DNA from: a virus
Taxonomy: Duplodnaviria > Caudoviricetes
IMG/VR virus record: IMGVR_UViG_3300043120_000165
Coordinates: 1-29,253 of that record
DNA: 29,253 bases
Reading direction: 5' to 3' (one strand)
Of the stretch, positions 18,463 through 25,433 are shown one piece after another; position 1 is the stretch's first letter; each line of letters opens with the position of its first letter. Both the position numbers and the translations under genes were made by a program. A model generated the notes under the pieces. That model saw nothing but the letters and a program-made list of their open reading frames with translations, searched no databases and had not been told where the DNA came from.

Positions 18463-18561
18463 GATATCCCCCATTTTAGTTATGATTTATTTTCAGATAC
18501 TCTTTTAATATTATACTATAAATAAGTTCAAAAAACGACACCTTGTTACAATTAACGACCA

Positions 18562-19014
18562 CTATAAGTCTTTTTTGAGAAACATCAAAGGTTGATAGTT
18601 TAACCACAAACGTATAATATCTTCCTTTTTTTGGTTATATGAACTCCTCTTTAGCCCTAATTCTTTAAGAATTACTAACACATTACTTCTATCTATGTGT
18701 GAATCTAGAATAATCTTTTGCTCCTCTTTAAGTACGTGTTTAAAACCTTGATAGTTCATAATTATTTCATTACTCTTGTTTATTTCGTCCTCAACCTGAT
18801 TAATCTTGTCTATCCAGTATAAAAGATTCTCATCACCCTTCTTATCTGAAGTACCAGATCCAATCTGATCATATGAAATCCCATGGTACCCTATGAGTTT
18901 AACTTTGTAATAATCTAGTTTTTCGTATAGATCAGGTAGTTTTCTTTTAGATCGTCTTACTTGATCTATCCATTTATAAAACGAGTCGTTTAAACCAGTC
19001 TTCGATTGATTCAT
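18562..19014 (-). CDS. ArpU/RinA-like late transcriptional activator (sigma region-4-like C-terminus)
   Basis: GISYD linker, coiled coil, then LKEEQKIIL...ILKELGLKRSSY. Last gene of the early operon; start at 19014 after GGGAG. Confidence 0.6.
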   Translation of the reverse strand: MNQSKTGLNDSFYKWIDQVRRSKRKLPDLYEKLDYYKVKLIGYHGISYDQIGSGTSDKKGDENLLYWIDKINQVEDEINKSNEIIMNYQGFKHVLKEEQKIILDSHIDRSNVLVILKELGLKRSSYNQKKEDIIRLWLNYQPLMFLKKDL

Positions 19015-19897
19015 GGCTATTCTCCCTTCTTCGCTGGAACATTTCAAGATTATTCAATAACGACTTACGCATGAAGCTGAACTTGTCATCAATTGTTGTT
19101 TCAGTTCTTTTTGAATAACTGACTATATAGTCTGTTGCTGCTAAGACATCATCAAAACCATAAATTGACACTGCTTCATCAAACAGCTTATTGTATTTAC
19201 CTATTTCTAATGTTCCATCTTCTATGTATTGGCTTCTAATAATCGCTTTTGTAATGTAATGGTAATTAGGAAGTGAATATACCCCTTTATCCTTTTTATC
19301 CTCTTTATCTCTTTCTTTTTTCTTTTCTTTTTCTTTTTGTGTACTTTTGTATGCAATAACCTTAGTTGAAGTGTCATTATTGCTATCAATAACCTCACTT
19401 GAAGTGTGATTATCGTTATCAATAACTAGGCTTGAAGTTGTGTTATTGTCAACATTAACTTGTTGTGTTTTTTTGTAGAAATTATTCAGTTCAAGCATCG
19501 TATGTTGATCCAACAGCCAGTACTTCTGATGCTCAATGCCGCGCCTGCGCCTTGTAGAAAGCGTAAACTGCCGCTGTATCGCTTTTGAAGTGAATACACC
19601 AACACTTAGCAGTTCTTTATCAAACAGCCCGTTAGAACCCGCTCTTAGGATTATTTTCTCAATCTCATTCACACTTGGAGCCCAGGCATTACCAATACTT
19701 TTGATTAATGTTTTTGCTGCTTGCTCAGTTGTCATCTCTAAATAATACCCATGTGCATAAATCATGGTTAAAAGGCGGATGTATACCATCTCGCCCATGA
19801 CTCCATACATTAAATTTAAATCCGTTATCTTCTCGTCTTCAAAAAAATTCACATCAAGTGGGAAGTACTGCAGTCCCATCTTAAAAGGTCTTGCCAT
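18974..19897 (-). CDS. DUF4373/Lin1244-like phage replication initiator
   Basis: MARP.K.GLQYFPLDV.FFED.K...TSKAIQR N-terminus, repeat-rich linker, KEKEK tract and helical C-domain. Confidence 0.85.
   Translation of the reverse strand: MARPFKMGLQYFPLDVNFFEDEKITDLNLMYGVMGEMVYIRLLTMIYAHGYYLEMTTEQAAKTLIKSIGNAWAPSVNEIEKIILRAGSNGLFDKELLSVGVFTSKAIQRQFTLSTRRRRGIEHQKYWLLDQHTMLELNNFYKKTQQVNVDNNTTSSLVIDNDNHTSSEVIDSNNDTSTKVIAYKSTQKEKEKKKERDKEDKKDKGVYSLPNYHYITKAIIRSQYIEDGTLEIGKYNKLFDEAVSIYGFDDVLAATDYIVSYSKRTETTIDDKFSFMRKSLLNNLEMFQRRRENSHESIEDWFKRLVL
19282..19460. repeat. Probable phage replication origin: three 33-bp iterons plus a pyrimidine/purine-skewed tract
   Basis: Units start CAATAAC at 19354, 19387 and 19420 (partial at 19453), each containing TTGAAGT and TTAT. 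19282-19338 is almost entirely pyrimidine on the plus strand. Confidence 0.8.
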
Positions 19898-19918
19898 AAA
19901 TTTTGTCCTTTCACATTA

Positions 19919-19960
19919 CAAAAAGCATGCTATTTTGGGTTTTCTATCAGTAGCATGCTT
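19919..19960 (-). terminator. Inverted repeat / possible attenuator upstream of the initiator gene
   Basis: AAGCATGCTA-N18-TAGCATGCTT ending in a T6 run on the minus strand; the loop is large for a terminator. Confidence 0.55.
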
Positions 19961-19990
19961 ATGTATGTCTTTATCTTTTGTTTCCTTCAT

Positions 19991-20050
19991 TTTCCATTTT
20001 CATAGCCCTGATACACACATTATCGGCGCACAAAATCAATATTTATTCTT
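19991..20050 (-). promoter_or_regulatory. Conserved GCCGATAA element, copy 2
   Basis: TAAA-N14-GCCGATAA followed by TGTGTGTATCAGGGCTA; matches copy 1. Confidence 0.7.
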
Positions 20051-20251
20051 AGTTGTTTTATGCAATTCATCAATGAACTTTACAAGGTTTTCTTTTGATA
20101 CTCTCCACCCTGGTCCAATCTTAAATGCGTGTAGTTTTCCTTTTTTGATGTAGGTTGATAACGTCCTTCTTGATACTCTTAATATATCTGCAACTTCTTC
20201 TAATTTGTAATAATCACGTGCTGGTTCTTGACGTTTAGTTTCGCTTGTCAT
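20036..20251 (-). CDS. Excisionase-like HTH DNA-binding protein
   Basis: YKLEEVADILRVSRRTL..YIKKGKL.A.KIG..WRV. Confidence 0.9.
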   Translation of the reverse strand: MTSETKRQEPARDYYKLEEVADILRVSRRTLSTYIKKGKLHAFKIGPGWRVSKENLVKFIDELHKTTKNKY

Positions 20252-20981
20252 CTTTTGCTCCTTGGTATTCTTTTATGATGCGTTCAATAAATGTAATGCC
20301 ACTTCTATAAACATATGTTCTTTGTGAGGTTACTGTACTACCACCACTTGTAACTTTAGCTTCAACGACTCTAAAATACTTCTTATCGCAATATTCTTGA
20401 TATGGAATGTTGGAATCATCTAGGATGCGTTTAGCTCTGAGTATTTTTAGAAGTTCTGTACTTTTAAGTCCATGATATCTAATGACTTCATGGACCATAT
20501 CTAAATCGATAGCACTTCCAGTACCTAGTAAACGATCAATATACTTTATTTTTGGTGCATTAAGTTTTAATTGTGTCTCTACAACACTGTGTTTAATTCT
20601 TAAATCCTCAAATTCTTCTAAAAATGATAATGCAACATCAGGATCTTTAAATTCATCCACATTGTATTTTTGATATTTAATTATACTTGGTAAAACAGTA
20701 CGGTATAACCAGTCACTGATTGCTTCAGCCTCAGTTTTGGTTGATTGAAACATACAACTACTTAAATAGTCAGCGATTATGAAATACTTATTCTTCGAAG
20801 CTCCACTAGAGTCTTTTACCTCAAGTGTTTTAACTGCATTTGATGGAATTCTAGAGCGAAAATCGTTGATATTTTTTATACCATAAATATGGGTTAAGTC
20901 TTTTAAGTTAAAACAGGGTTGATCATCAATGATCGCTGTTCGTACTTTCCCATACCGGTTGTTGTGAAATTCTTTGATCAT
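20235..20981 (-). CDS. BRO-N / KilAC antirepressor
   Basis: F.N..YGKVRT..IDDQP.F..KDL and S.K.EA....W...VLPSI.K; C-terminal PK..Y, PYQEY and TYV..SG..FI. Confidence 0.88.
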   Translation of the reverse strand: MIKEFHNNRYGKVRTAIIDDQPCFNLKDLTHIYGIKNINDFRSRIPSNAVKTLEVKDSSGASKNKYFIIADYLSSCMFQSTKTEAEAISDWLYRTVLPSIIKYQKYNVDEFKDPDVALSFLEEFEDLRIKHSVVETQLKLNAPKIKYIDRLLGTGSAIDLDMVHEVIRYHGLKSTELLKILRAKRILDDSNIPYQEYCDKKYFRVVEAKVTSGGSTVTSQRTYVYRSGITFIERIIKEYQGAKDDKRN

Positions 20982-21009
20982 AACTTATCCTTTCATTTCT
21001 TTTTCTGTT

Positions 21010-21936
21010 TTAGTTGTCTTCATCTTCTTCTTGATTGAGTAGTTTTTGTGCAATGACATGTTCATAAACATGCTGACTTTTGATTTCTGCATGCATATAA
21101 ATCTCTGTTGTTGCTGGATCAGAATGACGCATGATTTTTTGTGTGTCATCCTTGTTTGCTCCATATTGTCTTGCTAATGTTGCAGTTGTATGTCTTAAAC
21201 TATGTGCTGTATGTTTATCATCATCAAATCCAATATCTCTAAGTAGATCCTTGATTATTCTTCTAATGTTTCTTGTTTTCATTCGTTGCCCTAAATACTT
21301 AGGTTTATGGTCAATAAATAATGGTTCATACTGGTCACTTCTTTTCATGATGTATGTTTCGATTGCTTTATTGACTAGAGGCGAGAGTCGAACGAAAGAA
21401 CTCTTAGATGTTTTGCCCTTGCCATGTACATAGAGAATTTCTCCATCATCGATGACGTTTAAATCGCTAACATCTGCACGCTCTATTTCTACTGTTCGCA
21501 TACCAGTAGTAAGCATGAGTAAAACCATAACATAGTCTCTATATTTAATGATGTTTTTGTCTGAATTGATTTGAGCAAGTTTCAATAACTGCCTAGATTC
21601 ACTTTCAGATAAATGTGCACGTTTGAACTTCTTTTCAATCTTTGGACTTTTAATCCCCTCCGATGGATTTGCTCCATGACCGTTCGTGTGATACCAACGG
21701 TAGAAATTTCGTACCACTACCAGGTGATACTTAATGGTTGTCTCTTCAAGCTTGCGTTTAAAAAGATGGTCCCGATAAGCCATAATATCACTGCGAGTTG
21801 GTAAATCAGACAGTGTGTTAGCATAATCGACAAATTGCTGAAGGATCCTTTCATAGGATTGCTTAGTCGTCATACTTACATCGGCATCTTCTAGATACTT
21901 TTTTGTAAGTAGCCTAAACCCTTCTTTAGATGACAT
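21010..21936 (-). CDS. Tyrosine recombinase (XerC/D-like)
   Basis: TGMRTVE, GKGK, HSLRHT and RHSDPATTEIY give a complete catalytic set; SAM-like N-domain. Confidence 0.95.
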   Translation of the reverse strand: MSSKEGFRLLTKKYLEDADVSMTTKQSYERILQQFVDYANTLSDLPTRSDIMAYRDHLFKRKLEETTIKYHLVVVRNFYRWYHTNGHGANPSEGIKSPKIEKKFKRAHLSESESRQLLKLAQINSDKNIIKYRDYVMVLLMLTTGMRTVEIERADVSDLNVIDDGEILYVHGKGKTSKSSFVRLSPLVNKAIETYIMKRSDQYEPLFIDHKPKYLGQRMKTRNIRRIIKDLLRDIGFDDDKHTAHSLRHTTATLARQYGANKDDTQKIMRHSDPATTEIYMHAEIKSQHVYEHVIAQKLLNQEEDEDN

Positions 21937-22004
21937 CTTTTCACCTTTCTATTTCAAATTTCTGATTCTATGTTTATTTTAGAAAACAAGATAGATGGCC
22001 AGTT

Positions 22005-22316
22005 TTACCATCTAATCTTTTTGTATTTCTTGATGCCGTTAAGTTCTTCATATGCACTTAAATAAGTTGCTTCTGCTTTTAGAAACTCAAGTGGATCCAC
22101 ATGAAGCAATATAATCAGTTTAATCACCAACTCGATAGGTAGCCTTTTACCTCTTTGTCCCCCTTCAATTTGTCTGTAATAGACAGCAGAAACATCAAGT
22201 TCTCTGGATAAATACTCAGCTGAATAACCCATTTTGTTGCGATAATTTTTAAGGTAATCACGTACTAATGGTACATGTGACTTCTGTTTTAAGTGCACGG
22301 AATCCTCATCATACAT
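22005..22316 (-). CDS. XRE-family HTH regulator (Cro-like position)
   Basis: LKNYRNKMGYSAEYLSRELDVSAVYYRQIEGG; AGGAGG RBS. Confidence 0.85.
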   Translation of the reverse strand: MYDEDSVHLKQKSHVPLVRDYLKNYRNKMGYSAEYLSRELDVSAVYYRQIEGGQRGKRLPIELVIKLIILLHVDPLEFLKAEATYLSAYEELNGIKKYKKIRW

Positions 22317-22494
22317 TTGTTAATCATTCCTCCTTTCTTGCACATTTCACCTGGTGCCTATGATTATAAGTAAAGAAAAGCATTCAAAAAATGACTTATC
22401 TACTTATTTGATGAGTTGCAACAAAGAGAGTTATTACTTTCCTGTGTTTGCATGCTTTTGATATATTCTGTAATAATTATTGTATACAAAAACC

Positions 22495-22524
22495 TTGACC
22501 GAGCCACATTTGTTGCTCTATAAT
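22495..22524 (+). promoter_or_regulatory. Repressor promoter with a palindromic operator in the spacer
   Basis: TTGACC-N18-TATAAT; the spacer is GAGCCACA-TT-TGTTGCTC (7/8 dyad). Confidence 0.8.
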
Positions 22525-22552
22525 ATAAATAAAAAGGTTAAAAGGGTGAATA

Positions 22553-23152
22553 ATGAACTATCAACTATTATCTGATGATGATTTTAATAATCTTTTCATC
22601 AGTGAAAATTTAAAACGACTACGACTTGCTAATAATTTATCTACCGTTCAAGTTGCACAAATAATAGGTAAATCTAGGCAAGGTTATGTTAACTATGAAT
22701 CCGGTGCTAGAGAAATTAGTATCCATGATTTAATAACTCTGTCAGGTTTTTATAATGTCCGAGTGGATGATATAATCGGTAACCCATATTCAAACAGAAA
22801 TGAAAAGGCTCTAACATTTAGAACCTTCGAAAATATAGAAGATAAAATAGTTGCTGCAATACAGATAACTGTGTCAACGATAAACGACGATATGATCGCA
22901 TATAAGAAAAGCGATCTTGAAATTGATTTTTTCTGGAGAACACAAAAGCATCAAAAAAATCGTGTCATGTTATTCGAGTACTATGACAAAATATACGTCT
23001 CAAAAGTATTTTTTAACAAAGAACATGGTGGCTTCTTCTTCATCAATGATGAACCATACTACTTTACAAAAGCTAATGCTGAAAATCTAATCTTTAAAGG
23101 TGTTTATGCGTCCACGCTTAAAAAAGATTTAGTCATTGAAAACTTCTTCTAA
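22553..23152 (+). CDS. XRE-family repressor (CI-like)
   Basis: LKRLRLANNLSTVQVAQIIGKSRQGYVNYESG HTH; divergent from the lytic operon. Confidence 0.88.
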   Translation: MNYQLLSDDDFNNLFISENLKRLRLANNLSTVQVAQIIGKSRQGYVNYESGAREISIHDLITLSGFYNVRVDDIIGNPYSNRNEKALTFRTFENIEDKIVAAIQITVSTINDDMIAYKKSDLEIDFFWRTQKHQKNRVMLFEYYDKIYVSKVFFNKEHGGFFFINDEPYYFTKANAENLIFKGVYASTLKKDLVIENFF

Positions 23153-23174
23153 CGATTATGCACTAAGCATATAG
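23153..23174. repeat. Palindromic site B
   Basis: CGATTATGCACTAAGCATATAG, an inverted copy of site A (20/22). Confidence 0.8.
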
Positions 23175-23257
23175 TTTTGATTTTTCAAATGTGATAAACT
23201 GTTGTTGGTAAATCAGACGGTTGTTGTCATATGATCAAATTGACGATAGATCCTTTT

Positions 23258-23290
23258 AAAGGAATTGCTTAGGCGATTCCTTTTTTCTTT
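23258..23290 (+). terminator. Intrinsic terminator downstream of the repressor
   Basis: GGAATTGC-TTAG-GCGATTCC-TTTTTTCTTT. Confidence 0.85.
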
Positions 23291-23308
23291 GCATCTACAA
23301 AATTAAAA

Positions 23309-23473
23309 ATGGATATAATCATCAGTTCAGAAATGAAATTCAACATTGCTAAGTCAATCGTAGTAAAGCTGTTTAATCAGAAACTTATTACAATCGATGA
23401 ATTTAGTATTATCATCAATAAGCTAGCATCTACCTATGGTATTAAAGGCGACATTAAAAAAAGCAATGATTGA
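23309..23473 (+). CDS. Small SHOCT-like protein upstream of the serine recombinase (absent from the ORF track)
   Basis: 54 aa, MDIIISSEMKFNIAKSIVVKLFNQKLITIDEFSIIINKL...; the LIT.DEF pattern and position fit this family. No clear RBS. Confidence 0.6.
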   Translation: MDIIISSEMKFNIAKSIVVKLFNQKLITIDEFSIIINKLASTYGIKGDIKKSND

Positions 23474-23480
23474 GTCGTTA

Positions 23481-23516
23481 TTGACTTGCTATTCATTGCT
23501 TTTTGAGTGATGTATA
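23481..23516 (+). promoter_or_regulatory. Bipartite promoter/operator motif, copy 2
   Basis: TTGACTTGCTATT-N11-GAGTGATGTATA upstream of the integrase RBS. Confidence 0.7.
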
Positions 23517-23541
23517 TACTAACGAGAGGAGCGGTCAAAAT

Positions 23542-25260
23542 ATGAAAAACAAAACCGTAAGAATAATCCAACCTAAAATGCATTACACGTTGGATCAAAT
23601 CAATAACCCGATTACCAGAAAACGAGTATGTGCTTATGTCCGTGTATCTACAGACAACATAGAGCAAAAAACAAGTTATGAAGCTCAACGAGATGAGTAT
23701 ACACAACGCATCACAAAGAATCCGGATTGGATATTTGAGGGCATTTATGCTGACGAGGGCATCAGCGGGACTAGTACAAAGAACCGAAAACAATTCAATT
23801 TGATGATAGAGAAAGCGCGAGCAGGACAAATAGATATTATCCTAACCAAATCGATATCTAGGTTTGCAAGAAATACAGTGGACGCTTTAAACTATATCAG
23901 AGAGTTAAGACAAATCAATGTCGAGATTCTTTTTGAAAAAGAAAATATAAGCTCGTTAGATCCTAAAGTAGAATTCCTTCTGACTATCATGTCATCCATG
24001 GCGCAGGAGGAAGCTAGAAACGTATCAGAGAACGTTAAGTGGAATGTTCAGAGACGTTTTAGAGAAGGTGTGCCTATTATCAATCACCAGCGTTTTCTTG
24101 GTTACACGAAGGATAAAAAAGGTGGTAACTTAATTGTTGTACCTGAAGAAGCTCAAATTGTTAAACTAATCTTTAACTTATACATAAGTGGTGTCGGACC
24201 ATCAAAAATTGCTGAACAACTCATTGAGATGGGTGCAAAGACTGGCGCAGGTAAAACTGATTGGAGGTTATCAACCATAACAACGATTCTAAAGAACGAA
24301 AAATACATGGGTGATATGTTGCAGCAAAAAACAATCAGTCTTGACTACCTTAGTCACACAAGGGTTAAAAATAAGAATCATGCACCAACTTATTACACAG
24401 AAAACAGTCATGAAGCAATCATTGATAAAGAGACATTTGAACTTGCTCAACGCATCAGAAAAGACAGAGCTAAGGTAAGAATAGGTGAAAATAAGAATTT
24501 ATCAAAATATACAAATAAGTATCCATTTTCAGCAATGATTGTTTGTAGTGAGTGTGGTAGAACACTCAAAAGACGATACTGGAATTATGGAAAGCCATCA
24601 CAAAGGGTGATGCAACAATGTGGTAGTTACATTGATGGTAAAGCAAATTGTACAGCCAAGGCAAGTCGTCAGGATCTCATTGAAGCTACAACGATTCACA
24701 TGTTAAACAAGGTCTTCTTAAAAGATCTTGATATCATGTCAACGATTCAAAGAGTTATCAAATCAACAATAAAAGTCGATGATGTTCAAAGTGTCATTGA
24801 AAGGTTAACATTGGAAAAAGATGAAAACGAAATGGCCTTATCAAATCTAATAGATACCAAAGTGAAAACACCAGATATTCCAGAAACAATCTTCAATTCA
24901 AAGTACCGTGAATACTCTGATCGCCTTAAAGATCTAACGACAGAAATCAACAAGATTGAACTTGAGCATGTTAAAAATTATGACACGAAAAAACGACTGG
25001 ATAAAATCAATGAGATGCTAGGTAAAAAGAATTTAGTCATTGATGTACTAGATTCAGAGATATTAAAAACGTTTATTTACAAGATGATATCTGTTAGTCC
25101 AAATGAGATAGTATATTGCATTGCTGGAACTAAGAATTATTCAGATGATGAGTTCAAAAACCGTCGTTTCGAATTCTTAAGTACTGAACCAATCATTGTG
25201 GAAACATATCACGCACCCGATGGCTTAACAAAGATGTTATATCGGGTTGTCGTGATATAA
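23542..25260 (+). CDS. Large serine recombinase (integrase)
   Basis: AYVRVST, DEGISG, SISRFAR, recombinase domain, CSECG zinc ribbon and coiled coil. Start set at ATG 23542 after GAGGAG. Confidence 0.96.
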   Translation: MKNKTVRIIQPKMHYTLDQINNPITRKRVCAYVRVSTDNIEQKTSYEAQRDEYTQRITKNPDWIFEGIYADEGISGTSTKNRKQFNLMIEKARAGQIDIILTKSISRFARNTVDALNYIRELRQINVEILFEKENISSLDPKVEFLLTIMSSMAQEEARNVSENVKWNVQRRFREGVPIINHQRFLGYTKDKKGGNLIVVPEEAQIVKLIFNLYISGVGPSKIAEQLIEMGAKTGAGKTDWRLSTITTILKNEKYMGDMLQQKTISLDYLSHTRVKNKNHAPTYYTENSHEAIIDKETFELAQRIRKDRAKVRIGENKNLSKYTNKYPFSAMIVCSECGRTLKRRYWNYGKPSQRVMQQCGSYIDGKANCTAKASRQDLIEATTIHMLNKVFLKDLDIMSTIQRVIKSTIKVDDVQSVIERLTLEKDENEMALSNLIDTKVKTPDIPETIFNSKYREYSDRLKDLTTEINKIELEHVKNYDTKKRLDKINEMLGKKNLVIDVLDSEILKTFIYKMISVSPNEIVYCIAGTKNYSDDEFKNRRFEFLSTEPIIVETYHAPDGLTKMLYRVVVI

Positions 25261-25272
25261 TTTTAAAAGAAT

Positions 25273-25351
25273 TGATGTTCCCCCATTCAAGCAAAATATA
25301 TGCTTAATGCATAGTTTGATGTTTCCACAACGATTTCGATATGTTTCCACA
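25273..25351. repeat. Palindromic site C plus phased ATGTTTCCACA direct repeats
   Basis: TATATGCTTAATGCATA at 25297-25313; ATGTTTCCACA at 25319 and 25341; a degenerate copy at 25275. Confidence 0.75.
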
Positions 25352-25360
25352 TTACGCATA

Positions 25361-25409
25361 AAACAAAAAAAGAAGCATTTAAGCCTATTTGAAGGGGTTA
25401 GATGCTTCT
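25361..25409 (-). terminator. Terminator downstream of rlmD, probably phage-supplied
   Basis: AGAAGCAT(C/T)TAA inverted repeat at 25371-25409 followed by a T tract on the minus strand. Confidence 0.75.
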
Positions 25410-25433
25410 TCTGCTGTTGTATGAATGGCTTTG

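Noticed and set aside
19354-19460. 33-bp repeats as a CRISPR array
   Set aside because: Tandem with no unique spacers, in frame inside a gene, and no cas genes.
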